DNA of 64,000 bases from Pseudomonadota bacterium. Its GTDB lineage: Bacteria; Myxococcota; JACRCW01; JAFGSX01. The notes beneath the pieces are model-generated. The model searched no databases. It had not been told where the DNA came from and was given only the letters and a program-made list of their open reading frames with translations. The stretch covers positions 79,962 to 143,961 of the forward strand of contig JBDRCO010000072.1 in the NCBI GenBank assembly GCA_043821645.1, written 5' to 3'. Below are positions 46,056-55,848 of the stretch, piece by piece. Made by a program: the position numbers and the translations under genes. Every line of letters starts with the position of its first letter. The first letter of the stretch is position 1.

Positions 46056-47966
46056 TCAGGCTCCTGCCTCCGGACGCTCGCTGCGCGGTCGACGACGCAG
46101 GCCTGCCAGCGCCAGCGCCAGCAGTCCCGATGGCGCCGAGGGAAAGCCCTCGCGGCAGCTACAGCCGCGGGCGACCACCGTCGAGAGTTTCTGACTGTCC
46201 GTCGTGACAGGGGCGTCCGCGATCGCACCTCCCTCGACGACGCTGGCCGCGTCCTCGCGGCTTCCATCAACCGCGGCAACATCCGCCCCCATGGCCTGAT
46301 CCGCGGCGAGCAGATCGGCCCGGGCAGTGTCGAGAGGGGAGGCGTCGCCGACGACCTGTGCATCACCGGCCATGGCTGCATCACCTGCGGGCGAAGCATC
46401 GGCAAGCGGTGCACTGTCCACCCTGGCGACGTCGGCCGCGGTCGCAGCATCGGACAGGGCTCCCGAGTCCGCCACCGTTCCTGCATCCGTTCCTGCGTCC
46501 CCGGACAGACCGGCATCCTCGACCGCCTGTGCATCGAGGTTAGAAGTCGCGTCTCGCAGCGGCCCCGCGTCTGTCCCGGGTGGCAGGTACTCGTAGGCGC
46601 CCAGGTCCTCGACGCCCTCCTGCGGCCGCGGCACGCGGTCCCTGTCGTCGACGGGGGCCAGGACGGACGAGCCTACATTGCGCGCCGGGCTGCTGGGGAT
46701 CAGGTGCAGGTCCCCGCCCAGGTAGTTGACGAAGTACGCGTCGACGTCGCTGATCAGAGCGTTGTGGTCCTCGGTCACATCCTGGCCGGCGGCGATGCTG
46801 AGCGCGGTGGTCAGGTTGTTCCGCACCACGCAGCCCGTGCTCGCCGTGCCGTCCTTGTGCAGGCCGATGCTGATCCAGGGCGGGCCTGGGGTCGTGTCGT
46901 TGAGGTCGAGCACGGTGTTGTTGACGATGCGGCTGTTGCGGGCACCGAGCAGGGTGATGCCATGCCAGTGATCGGTGAGGATGACATTGTTCTCGATCAC
47001 CCAGTCGACGAAGAAGCCGTCGAAGCAGCCTATGCCCTGCAGGGTGCCGCGAAAGGGCTGGTTGGGGTCCGTGTAGTTGATGATGGTATTTCCGCGCAGG
47101 GTGATGCCGACGACCTCGCCAGTGCCGACGCCACCAGGGCCCACGGACCAGGACTGAAAGCCGTCGTCGTGGTTGGCATTGACGTCGTAGCAGTTCTTGA
47201 CCGTGTTGTACTGAAAGGTGTCGTGGTCGCCCAGGCCGCGCAGGCCGTCACCGGCGAAGTTCTCGATCACGTTACCCTCGACCAGGCCTCGCGCGCCGCT
47301 CACGGTGATGCCGAAATTGACGTTGAGCAGGTGATTGTCCCGCGCCACGCAGTCGTCGCCGGACACGCTGATGCCATTGCAGGCCAGGTTGTTCCAGTCG
47401 TCTAGGGTCCAGGCCGAGGTGTCGCGCACGCTGAACAGCTCGCAGCCTTCGATGACGACATCGTGGGCGGGCCCGCTGTAGTTGTGCGAGGTCACTTCGA
47501 CCAGGTGCACGGTGGTGTAGCTGGCGTCGTGACTGGGGCTGATGGAGACGCCGCGCAGGAGCCAGTTGGCCGAGGCCACGATGCGGGCGCGCCTGAGCTG
47601 CGGGCTATGCCCGGGTTCGGCAGCGATGGTGACCAGGGCGCTGTTGTACATGCGAAGCAGGTCGAGCTCGCCGTGGTAGCCCGAGCGCAGCCAGATCGTG
47701 TCGCCGGCCTTCACCGGTGCGCCGACGTTGCGCGGCACCAGGGTCGAGCTCGCCGTGTAGGGCAAGGCATCCCAGGTCCGTGTCTCGACAAGGTCGTCGG
47801 CGATCACCTCCTGCAGGGTGCGCCAGGGGTGCGCCGCGCTGCCATCGTTGCCAGGATCGCCAGTGGCAGGGTCGACGTAGAACTCCTCGGCGCGTGCGGC
47901 TGGAACCAGGAGCAGGACCACACCGAGCAGAACGATCGCGGATGGCCGGGTTCCGGAGCAGCGCAT
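46056..47966 (-). CDS. Right-handed beta-helix (pectate-lyase-fold) protein with MYXO-CTERM sorting tag
   Basis: Signal peptide (start MRCSGTRPSAIVLLGVVLLLVPAARA); repeated NxxG/IENN beta-helix rungs (GNVIENFAGDG, NTVKNCYDVNANHDDG, IENNVILTDHWHGIT); C-terminus ARGCSCREGFPSAPSGLLALALAGLRRRP. Confidence 0.6.
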   Translation of the reverse strand: MRCSGTRPSAIVLLGVVLLLVPAARAEEFYVDPATGDPGNDGSAAHPWRTLQEVIADDLVETRTWDALPYTASSTLVPRNVGAPVKAGDTIWLRSGYHGELDLLRMYNSALVTIAAEPGHSPQLRRARIVASANWLLRGVSISPSHDASYTTVHLVEVTSHNYSGPAHDVVIEGCELFSVRDTSAWTLDDWNNLACNGISVSGDDCVARDNHLLNVNFGITVSGARGLVEGNVIENFAGDGLRGLGDHDTFQYNTVKNCYDVNANHDDGFQSWSVGPGGVGTGEVVGITLRGNTIINYTDPNQPFRGTLQGIGCFDGFFVDWVIENNVILTDHWHGITLLGARNSRIVNNTVLDLNDTTPGPPWISIGLHKDGTASTGCVVRNNLTTALSIAAGQDVTEDHNALISDVDAYFVNYLGGDLHLIPSSPARNVGSSVLAPVDDRDRVPRPQEGVEDLGAYEYLPPGTDAGPLRDATSNLDAQAVEDAGLSGDAGTDAGTVADSGALSDAATAADVARVDSAPLADASPAGDAAMAGDAQVVGDASPLDTARADLLAADQAMGADVAAVDGSREDAASVVEGGAIADAPVTTDSQKLSTVVARGCSCREGFPSAPSGLLALALAGLRRRPRSERPEAGA

Positions 47967-48038
47967 GGGGCCTCCGTGGCACACAAGGCCCGAGTATAAC
48001 GTTCTGTCGACGGTTGGGCGACGCGGCAAGGCCCGTGC

Positions 48039-49589
48039 TCAGCCCCGATACTCCCAGTGCCAGTGCTCCGACGGGATGCGCGAGAAGCCGAAGCGGTGGC
48101 CGTTGCGGGCCAGCCAGTTGTAGACCGCGCCCGTGCCCTGGCTGCGGCTCACGCCCTGGGTGTTCAGGTCCAGGGCAATGCCACTTTGGTGGTTGGAGTA
48201 ACCCGGAGGTGCTGCCGGGTTGAAACCGGGCAGGCGGTTGACCCAGCCGTTGTACAGGTACTGCTGCTCGGACATGGTCCTGAAGCCCGAGATGAGCGCG
48301 ATGTTCACGCCGTCCTTGCGCGCGGCGGCCTTCATTTTCAGGTAGGCGCGCGCCGTGTCCTTCTCGACCAGCTCGCCCTCGATGGGCACGACCTTGATGT
48401 TCCGGGACACGCCATTGACGTAGCCGGTGGCCGCACGCACCGGCAAGCCGTGAATGGGATCGCGCTGCGCCTTCTCGACCCGCTTGAGCGCCTTGAGCGT
48501 GGCCTGGCCCACGCCGTTGCCCTTGCCGTCGAGGTGGTGCTTCTGCCGGAAGCGATCCAGGGCGCGCTGGGTGCCCTCGGTGTACAGGCCGTCGACCTTG
48601 CCCGGATGGAAGCCGACCTTCTTAAGCAGCTGCTCGGTGCGCTTGACCGCGGCCGAGTGCTCGCCGATGCGCTGGTGTGGCGAGGTGGCGCTCTTCGCTT
48701 CCAGCGTCGCCCTGGACAGGCGATTCCAGGTGGCGGCGTCGACGCGGCCGCTGACCTCGAGACCGGTCTTGCGCTGGAACTCCTTGACCATGCCCTCGGT
48801 GCGGTCGTCAAACATTCCATCCTTGCGCTGCGGATCAAAACCCGCGGCCTTGAGGTGACCCTGCACCACCTGCACGGCGCGGCTCTTGTCACCGCGACCG
48901 AGGCCACCGCTGCCGTCGGCGTGCTGCTGGGCGGCGGCCCGCTCGACGATGCGATCGCTGCGGCGGCGCGCGTCCGAGGGCTTGACCCGCGCGCGATGGG
49001 GCGCGTGGTTGAGCGCTGCAGTCTCGTGCCGCAACACCGAACGACTGTTATTGCCGAGCAGGCCGCTCTTGGCTTGCCGCCTGAGCTCGGGCTGGTCGCG
49101 CTTGAAGGCCTTGACTGCGTCGGCGGTCTGGCCGTCGAACACGCCGTCGACCTTGCCCACGTCGTAACCCAAGCGGCGCATGCGTTGCTCGAGCTTCTCG
49201 ATGTGCTCGCCCTTCTGGCCACGCCCCACCTTGCCATTGTGCTCGCGCTTGGCGGTGCGCGCGCGCTCGTTGACCTTGCCCAGCTTGTTCAGGGTCGCAC
49301 TGGTGATGCGACCGTCTGCCGTCAGGCCCATGGAGGTCTGGAACTCCTTGAGCGCGTCCTGGGTCAAGCGCGTGTACTTTCCATCGACCTTGCCTGGCTT
49401 GAATCCCGCGCCCTTGAGCAGGCGCTCGGCTTTGCGCACGGTGGCGGGCTCGTACACATCTGCGGGATTCGTCTCGGCCGGGGGTGTGGGTTCGGTGGGC
49501 GGGGCCGCTGCTGGAGGCTGGCTGCTCGCTGCCGCAGGCTGGCGTGCCGCGCGGATGCCGCGAGTAGTCGAAGAAGTGGTGGCCACCAT
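48039..49589 (-). CDS. Peptidoglycan-binding-domain protein with C-terminal M15-type (VanY-like) peptidase domain
   Basis: Four repeats of GKVDGxxxxxTxxAxKxFQ (PG_binding-like); C-terminal SGFRTMSEQQYLY ... GYSNHQSGIALDL ... SEHWHWEY zinc-peptidase motifs. Confidence 0.6.
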   Translation of the reverse strand: MVATTSSTTRGIRAARQPAAASSQPPAAAPPTEPTPPAETNPADVYEPATVRKAERLLKGAGFKPGKVDGKYTRLTQDALKEFQTSMGLTADGRITSATLNKLGKVNERARTAKREHNGKVGRGQKGEHIEKLEQRMRRLGYDVGKVDGVFDGQTADAVKAFKRDQPELRRQAKSGLLGNNSRSVLRHETAALNHAPHRARVKPSDARRRSDRIVERAAAQQHADGSGGLGRGDKSRAVQVVQGHLKAAGFDPQRKDGMFDDRTEGMVKEFQRKTGLEVSGRVDAATWNRLSRATLEAKSATSPHQRIGEHSAAVKRTEQLLKKVGFHPGKVDGLYTEGTQRALDRFRQKHHLDGKGNGVGQATLKALKRVEKAQRDPIHGLPVRAATGYVNGVSRNIKVVPIEGELVEKDTARAYLKMKAAARKDGVNIALISGFRTMSEQQYLYNGWVNRLPGFNPAAPPGYSNHQSGIALDLNTQGVSRSQGTGAVYNWLARNGHRFGFSRIPSEHWHWEYRG

Positions 49590-49726
49590 GGCGGACTCCT
49601 TGTTCGAGGACGTCCGGGGTATCGGTGGGTCTATGTGCGCAGGTGTGGGATTCGGGGTCGGTCAACGGGTGGTCCGCCACATGACCGATGCTTCCGTGAT
49701 CGCCCAGATATCCGCGAATTTCTGGC

Positions 49727-50584
49727 TCAATCGAAATCCAGCCAAAGCACGGTGTCGGCGTCGCGGACCACCGGGCCAGGGACAAAGGACTGGCGGTGGC
49801 GGACCACCTTCGAAATGTGGACCTCATCGATCTCGCCCAAGAAGGGCGTGCGCAGACCCGTGTCCCCCTGGGGGCTGCGACACAACCACAGGCTGTCCAC
49901 GGCATGGGCCACCCCCTCTCCTGCAGGCCACTGGCCACCCGCGGTGGCGCGCTCGCCGTCGATGTACAGGTTGGTGCGCACCACACCGTCGGGCTGGGTC
50001 TCCACCGACGCGGCCAGGTGATGCCAGGTGCCGGGCTCGACCGGGTGCAGCCACCCCATGCCCCGTCCGCCGTTGACTTGACCCTCGCGCAGACGGTGGC
50101 TCTTGAAGCTCACGGTGCGGTAGGTGCGCCCCACGCCGTCACCCAGCTCGACGTGAAAGTCGTCCTCGCGGGTGTCGCGGCGTGGCGCCACCAGCAGGTC
50201 CACCGGCCGCGAGCCCAGGTCGCCCACGGCAGCGGGCCTGAACCAGAACTCCACGCTCAGGGCCTGGGTACCGTCAAGGGCAGCGTCGAGATCCAGCTGC
50301 ATGCCGTCGATGCCATCGCAGCGGAGCGACTGACCCGAGGGCGCCCGCGGCGGCGACCCAGGCAGCACCAGCGCCTCGGCCACGGCGACCTTAGGCGCCC
50401 CTGACCCAACGCGACGCCCGGATAGTCGCGGCGCCTCAGCGCGCTGCAGGGCGCCGGTGACGACGGGAGCGGGGAGATCCTGCGCGGGCCCGGGCGGCAA
50501 CCAGCCCTGCTCGCACTGCTCGCCACTGCCGGCGAGGGCCATGGTCAGCACGAGCACAAGGCGAACCATCGATGCCGATTTCAT
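49727..50584 (-). CDS. Secreted protein with LamG/concanavalin-A-like domain
   Basis: Signal peptide MKSASMVRLVLVLTMALAGS; beta-sandwich-type sequence (ALSVEFWFRP, WHHLAASV, LYIDGE) typical of LamG-like lectin fold. Confidence 0.4.
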   Translation of the reverse strand: MKSASMVRLVLVLTMALAGSGEQCEQGWLPPGPAQDLPAPVVTGALQRAEAPRLSGRRVGSGAPKVAVAEALVLPGSPPRAPSGQSLRCDGIDGMQLDLDAALDGTQALSVEFWFRPAAVGDLGSRPVDLLVAPRRDTREDDFHVELGDGVGRTYRTVSFKSHRLREGQVNGGRGMGWLHPVEPGTWHHLAASVETQPDGVVRTNLYIDGERATAGGQWPAGEGVAHAVDSLWLCRSPQGDTGLRTPFLGEIDEVHISKVVRHRQSFVPGPVVRDADTVLWLDFD

Positions 50585-50685
50585 GACCGCACTCCTGTCT
50601 GCTGGGCAGCGTCCTCAACGCGCGATCTCCGGCCACGATCCAGCGCGCGAACAAAAAAATTGTGGACCGAGGGTGTGGTCAAAGG

Positions 50686-50703
50686 TGCGTAAGCTTTTAC
50701 GCA
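50686..50703. promoter_or_regulatory. Perfect 7-bp inverted repeat (candidate operator) in divergent promoter region
   Basis: tgcgtaa-gctt-ttacgca at 50686-50703, in the 258-bp gap between divergent genes (LamG-like minus, lipid kinase plus), next to an A7 tract and an unusually AT-rich stretch (50741-50800). Confidence 0.3.
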
Positions 50704-50842
50704 GTGGCGTGTAAACGGCTTCCCGATCCAGCGCTGGGCGCGACCCGGCACCATTTTGTGTTCTTAACTAATTGTTATTAAACGTGAATACAGTACGTCG
50801 CGCCGCCAAATGGTGGTCCAGGTCTTGCGAGCAAACGCGCAC

Positions 50843-51922
50843 ATGTCCATGAACACCTATCTCAATCCGACCCAGCTGGCCGCGGATCGCACAGCGGTCA
50901 TGCTCAACATCAACGCCAAGAAGGTCACCTCGCGGGTGGTGGATCGCGTGGCCCAGGTGGTGCCGCACACCGACCTGTTCCTGTCGCGCTCCTTTGACGA
51001 TGCTCGCAAGCAGGTCGAGACCGTGGTGGCGCGAGGCTACGGCCGCGTGCTCGCCGGCGGTGGCGACGGTACCCTGGTGACGCTGATCAATCTCATCGAT
51101 CGCACCATTCGACGCTGCCTGGATCGCGGCCAGCAGGTACCCTTTCCCGAGATGGGCATGTTGCGCCTGGGCACGGGCAACGCCGTGGCCTCGGTGCTCG
51201 GTGCGGGTTCTCTCATTCCCGACGTGAAGAGGCACCTGCGCGGAGAGGATCAGCTCCGCGTGCAGCTCGACATGTTGCGCGTCGGCGATCAGGACACGCT
51301 GTGCCCCTTTGCCGGCATTGGCTACGACGGCGAGATCCTGGGCGACTACAACTGGGTCAAGGCGCATGCCCAGAATCCCGTGGCCAAGGCCCTGATGCAG
51401 ACCTCACTCGGCTACCTGGCCGGACTGTTCCTGCGTACCTTGCCGCGCAAGCTGGCCGAGTTCGGGCGCAACCTGCCCGAGATCGAGGTGCGCGCGCGCG
51501 GCCGCGCCTTCCGCGTCGACCACCAGGCCAACGATGCCCTGGTGCGAGCCGATGACGAGCTGCTGTACCGCGGTCCCGTGGGCTTCGCGGGCGCTGGCAC
51601 GGTGCCGGTGTACGGCTTCAACTTCCGGGTGTTCCCCTTTGCCGGTCGCGTGCCTGGCCTGATGCACCTGCGCGTCACCGACGTCAGTGCGCTCACCGCC
51701 GTGGCCAACCTGGGCGGCCTGTGGCGCGGTACCTGGCGGCATCCGCAGCTGCACGATTTCCTGGTCGAGGGTGTCGAGATCGTGGGCGATCGCCCCCTGC
51801 CCTACCAGCTCGGTGGCGACGCGGCTGGTGCGCGGGCGAACCTCGACCTACGCGTGGCCGAACAGCCCCTGGCCATGGCCGCCCTGGCCCCGCCCCGGCT
51901 GGCACTGCCCGCAGCAGCCTGA
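50843..51922 (+). CDS. Diacylglycerol-kinase-like lipid kinase (DAGK catalytic domain family)
   Basis: Track ORF 50810..51922; GGGDGTL signature (VLAGGGDGTLVTLIN) and surrounding fold typical of DAGK_cat / YegS-type lipid kinases. Confidence 0.65.
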   Translation: MSMNTYLNPTQLAADRTAVMLNINAKKVTSRVVDRVAQVVPHTDLFLSRSFDDARKQVETVVARGYGRVLAGGGDGTLVTLINLIDRTIRRCLDRGQQVPFPEMGMLRLGTGNAVASVLGAGSLIPDVKRHLRGEDQLRVQLDMLRVGDQDTLCPFAGIGYDGEILGDYNWVKAHAQNPVAKALMQTSLGYLAGLFLRTLPRKLAEFGRNLPEIEVRARGRAFRVDHQANDALVRADDELLYRGPVGFAGAGTVPVYGFNFRVFPFAGRVPGLMHLRVTDVSALTAVANLGGLWRGTWRHPQLHDFLVEGVEIVGDRPLPYQLGGDAAGARANLDLRVAEQPLAMAALAPPRLALPAAA

Positions 51923-52032
51923 ACCCTCCGCCAGATTCGCTTTCTTCATGATAAGAAAGGTACGCGCCGTCGCGTCCCGCCCACAGCACCTGCACGCCAG
52001 CAGGAGTCCGGGCGGCAGAGGGGAGCCAACGC

Positions 52033-53142
52033 ATGACAGGCATCAAGGGACCGGCCACCGGCTACCGCATCACCCCGCACGCGCAGGACCAGGGCACAGC
52101 CCTGACCAACAAGGACGTGCACGCCTCGTCGTCGCGCGCCGGTGAAGCCAGCGCTCCCAAGGTTGCCAAGGCCCTGGACAGCGCCCTGGCCGACGGGCGA
52201 CTGACCCTGCAGGAGTTCGAGGGCGGAAGGACAGAGCGCTTTTTACGCACCCTCGGCGTCGACGGCGGGTCGTCGGTGCTGGGCGCCATGCGCGACGACG
52301 GCTTGCTGGCCAAGAACCAGATCGACCCCGTGGACTACCGCGACTGCCAGCGCCTGCTCGAGCGCGCACAGCTCCCGGCGGGCCACCCCGACCACATCAC
52401 CCTCGACGCTGGCGTGCCCGAACGGCTGGGCAAGGTGGTCGACGAGTTTCAGGCACGGATGCTAAAAGGCCCGCAGGCCGGCGCCTTCATCGAGAAGATC
52501 CAGGACGAGAAACTGGGCCCGCAAAAGGTGGTCAACCAGACCGCCATGACCCTGGCCCCCGTCGACACCGGCACCTTCCTCGACCGCCTGCCGCCCGAGC
52601 GCTGGGCCGAGGAGTGCTATGACCTCAAGAGCCTGCACAACCAGGTGCTGGACCGCCAGGAGCTGCCCGACGGCGGCTACCAGGTGACCATGCTGCAGCG
52701 CATGGAGTTCGGCGACGGCGGCACCGCCACCGACATGACCAAGCGCACGGTGGTGCGCAAGTGGAGGGACGCGGACAGCGGGCAGTGGCACGCCACCGCC
52801 GAGTGGAAGGTGTACAGCTCCGATCCCACGAGCCAGATCCCGCACGCGGGATCCATGCGCATCGACACCGGGCGCATGGAGTTCAAGCCGGTGCAGAAGG
52901 ACGGCCGCTGGCACACCGAGGTGCTGTTCAACAACGCCACCCAGACCAACACCGCCACCGAGGAGAAGCTGCTGGGCCTGCTGGGCAAGAACACGCCGCT
53001 CAGGCAGAACATCTCGGCCCAGCTCGGCGCCTCGCCCCTGGGTATCACGCCCTTTGCCAGCAGCGTGGTCGAGCGCTACCGCGATGTGGGCAGCGGTCAG
53101 ACACCGCCGCGCTGGCAGGGCCTGGCCACCCACACCGAGTAG
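52033..53142 (+). CDS. Hypothetical cytoplasmic protein
   Basis: 369-aa ORF with protein-like composition, no signal peptide, no recognisable motif; sits between lipid kinase and phosphatase genes on same strand. Confidence 0.4.
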   Translation: MTGIKGPATGYRITPHAQDQGTALTNKDVHASSSRAGEASAPKVAKALDSALADGRLTLQEFEGGRTERFLRTLGVDGGSSVLGAMRDDGLLAKNQIDPVDYRDCQRLLERAQLPAGHPDHITLDAGVPERLGKVVDEFQARMLKGPQAGAFIEKIQDEKLGPQKVVNQTAMTLAPVDTGTFLDRLPPERWAEECYDLKSLHNQVLDRQELPDGGYQVTMLQRMEFGDGGTATDMTKRTVVRKWRDADSGQWHATAEWKVYSSDPTSQIPHAGSMRIDTGRMEFKPVQKDGRWHTEVLFNNATQTNTATEEKLLGLLGKNTPLRQNISAQLGASPLGITPFASSVVERYRDVGSGQTPPRWQGLATHTE

Positions 53143-53252
53143 AAGGACACGCCGGCGCTTTCGGCCTGGGCTCCTGGTCGAGCCGCCCGGGTTCTGCTAT
53201 CTCGGACCGATTGGAAGGACACGCTTGCTGGCGCCGCCAACGAGGATCTCGC

Positions 53253-54683
53253 ATGACGAGACTGCTACCCAACTTCTTCCGCCGCATCGAGAATCTGTTT
53301 CATCCGGCACCCCTGTCGCCCACACGCGACGCCTCGACCACGACGGAAACCTTGCCCGAGGGCGACCGCTTCAGCCCCGATGGCCACGCCTCGCCGCTGC
53401 CTAGCACACAGCCGCCGGCGGGGACCGTGACATCTCCCCTGGGCGCGCGCCTGTCGGCCATGGGCGTGGGCGCACAGACCGACGTGGCGACGGTGCAGGC
53501 CCGCATCGAGACGCTGCTGGCCAGCCCCACCGAGAAGCCCCAGGAGGCCGAAGTGCTGGGGCTGCTGCGCGGCAGCGGCGGCCAGGCCCTCGATCAGCTG
53601 GTGCAGCAGCTGGACCTGTCGCGCCTGGTCGAGGCCATGGACGACCGCTGGTTCGGCCCGGACAACCGCGAGGCCCTGCTCGACCTGCTCACCGACGAGC
53701 GCGTGGGCGACCTGAGCACCGATAGCCGGGCGCGCCTGATCACCGCCCTGCAGCGCGGCGAGACCCCGCGGCAGTCCGAGCGCGCCATCGAGAGCCTTTT
53801 TCTCGCCACCACCGGCAGCGAGCTGACCGCACTGAAGAACGCCATCGACGCCGGTGGCGATCACCGCGACCTGCTGCAGCTGCTGCACCACGACATCGAC
53901 GCGGGCGGCATCCGGCGGCGCATCCTGCGCCACATCGAGGCGCAGGCTCCGGCGCGCCAGCCTGGTCGGCTCAAGGTGCTCAGCGACATCGACGACACCT
54001 TCTACGCCAACCTCAAGGACAAGCGCTTTCCGTCGAAGACGGTGTACCCGGGCGTGCGCAGCTTCTACGAGGCCCTGGCCGGTGAGCGCATGACTGGCGG
54101 CGGCGCCGAGGCGCGGGTGGGCTTCTTGACCGCGCGCCCCGAGGACCCCACGGGCCTGATCGAGGACGAGACCCTGCGCATGCTGCGCGAGCGCGGCGTC
54201 GACCAAGCCATGGTGCTCAGCGGCGATATCGGCCACGTCGTGGGCAACGAAGAGATCGCCGAGAAGAAGCGCGAGAACTTCGACCAGTTCGCGGCGCTGT
54301 ATCCCGAGTACGGCTTCGTGTTCGTGGGCGACAGTGGCCAGGGCGACGCCCTGCTGGCCCAGGGCCTGACCGCGGATCACGGCGGCCAGGTGCCCGCGAC
54401 CTTCATCCACGACGTGGTGGGCCTGCCGGAGACGCAGCGTGCCTCCCTGGCGGCGCAGGGGGTGATGGTCTTCGACACCTACGCCGGGGCGGCCCTGGCA
54501 GCGCACAACAAGGGCCTCATCGGGCTGCCTGCGCTGACCAAGGTGGCCCGCGACAGCGTCGCCGAGCTCAAGGCCGTATCCTTTGGCGATGCCGCGCAAC
54601 GGACTGCGCGCTTCGAGGATCTCGGCCGCGACCTCGTGGCCATCAACGCCTTGCTGCCCACAGACCAGCAGATCGTGCTCTGA
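53253..54683 (+). CDS. App1-like phosphatidate-phosphatase-type domain protein with N-terminal extension
   Basis: Track ORF 52761..54683; start MTRLLPNFF (ATG 53253); C-terminal half has VLSDIDDTF ... FLTARPE ... FVFVGDSGQGDA resembling the App1/DUF2183 HAD-like phosphatase signature; N-terminal 240 aa unassigned. Confidence 0.5.
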   Translation: MTRLLPNFFRRIENLFHPAPLSPTRDASTTTETLPEGDRFSPDGHASPLPSTQPPAGTVTSPLGARLSAMGVGAQTDVATVQARIETLLASPTEKPQEAEVLGLLRGSGGQALDQLVQQLDLSRLVEAMDDRWFGPDNREALLDLLTDERVGDLSTDSRARLITALQRGETPRQSERAIESLFLATTGSELTALKNAIDAGGDHRDLLQLLHHDIDAGGIRRRILRHIEAQAPARQPGRLKVLSDIDDTFYANLKDKRFPSKTVYPGVRSFYEALAGERMTGGGAEARVGFLTARPEDPTGLIEDETLRMLRERGVDQAMVLSGDIGHVVGNEEIAEKKRENFDQFAALYPEYGFVFVGDSGQGDALLAQGLTADHGGQVPATFIHDVVGLPETQRASLAAQGVMVFDTYAGAALAAHNKGLIGLPALTKVARDSVAELKAVSFGDAAQRTARFEDLGRDLVAINALLPTDQQIVL

Positions 54684-54786
54684 GTCGACGCCCTCTCCCC
54701 CTCCCAGAAGAATCCTGTCGTCGCGCGTTGGGCTTGGCGCAGTCAACAGCTTCGCGGACAATGGCGCCACGATTCCGGGGAGGACC

Positions 54787-55725
54787 ATGACAGGCTCTTT
54801 TTCACGCGAGGACGTCCTGGCGCTCATGCCCGAGTGGGCGGACCAGGTGCTGGACATCCAGCCGCTGACTGGCGGCATTACCAACACCCTGTATCGCGTG
54901 CGCACCGGCCGCGGTGACGACGTGGTGGTGCGCCTGCACGGTGCGCGCACCGAGATCTTCATCGACCGCGACCTCGAGGTCGAGAACCTGCGAAGACTCG
55001 AAAACACGGGTGTGACCCCAAGACTCGTCCGTTACCTGCCCGCGCAGCGCGCCACGCTGGTCGCTTTCATCCCGGGCCGTGTGCTCAAGAACCCTGACTT
55101 TCTCGACGAGAAACTGTGGCCGGTGCTGGTCGAACCCATTCACCGTGTGCACCGCAGCGGCGTGGTCCTGCCGCGCGTGTTCGAGCCCCTGGTCGAGGTG
55201 AGACGGCTGGCACGAGTCTTCGGCGATCTCAACGTCGACTATCCGGAGTTCGACATTCCTGGCACCTTGGACAGGCTGGAGCGCCTGGCCGCGGCCGCGG
55301 CCGCCCCCGTCGACGATTACGTGGCCTGCCACAACGACCTGCTGGCCGAGAACTTCGTGCTGGCCGGCGAGGGCGAGGCTGCACGCATGCACCTCATCGA
55401 CTGGGAGTACGCGGGCCAGAGCACGCCGCACTATGACCTGGCGGACATGTTCCAGGAGATAGCGGTGCCGCGCGCGATCGAGCGCGAGCTGCTGCGCCTG
55501 TACTGGCAGGACCAGGACCTGGACACAGCGATCCGCCTGTGCGACCTGCACAAGCCCTTTCCGGATATCTACTGGTTCTTGTGGAGCCTCATCCAGCGCG
55601 CGGTGTCGACGATAAACTTCGACTACTACAGCTACGGCGCCACCAAATACCGCAACGCCTGGGCCAACATCAAAGCCGCGCGCACGCTGCATGGGGTGCG
55701 CAGCGACGGCGCACGCTCGGGCTGA
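54787..55725 (+). CDS. Choline/ethanolamine-kinase-like phosphotransferase (APH fold)
   Basis: Track ORF 54583..55725; start MTGSFSRED (ATG 54787); GGITNTLYRV nucleotide loop, Brenner motif HNDLLAENFV, IDWEYAG motif. Confidence 0.65.
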   Translation: MTGSFSREDVLALMPEWADQVLDIQPLTGGITNTLYRVRTGRGDDVVVRLHGARTEIFIDRDLEVENLRRLENTGVTPRLVRYLPAQRATLVAFIPGRVLKNPDFLDEKLWPVLVEPIHRVHRSGVVLPRVFEPLVEVRRLARVFGDLNVDYPEFDIPGTLDRLERLAAAAAAPVDDYVACHNDLLAENFVLAGEGEAARMHLIDWEYAGQSTPHYDLADMFQEIAVPRAIERELLRLYWQDQDLDTAIRLCDLHKPFPDIYWFLWSLIQRAVSTINFDYYSYGATKYRNAWANIKAARTLHGVRSDGARSG

Positions 55726-55848
55726 ACATGCCTCATCCAGGAAGCTCGAGAACCTCTTCGCGCTGCTCCCTAGGCAGCGCGCGCCATCCACGCCACAATG
55801 CGCAACCACACGCGCGCCTCTGGACCTCGCGCGTCAACGGAGCTTCCC

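Noticed and set aside
50719-50736. Sigma-54-like element cGGCACcattttGTgt
   Set aside because: Has GGCAC but the -12 element is TTGT rather than TTGC; a single near-miss is not enough without a scan.
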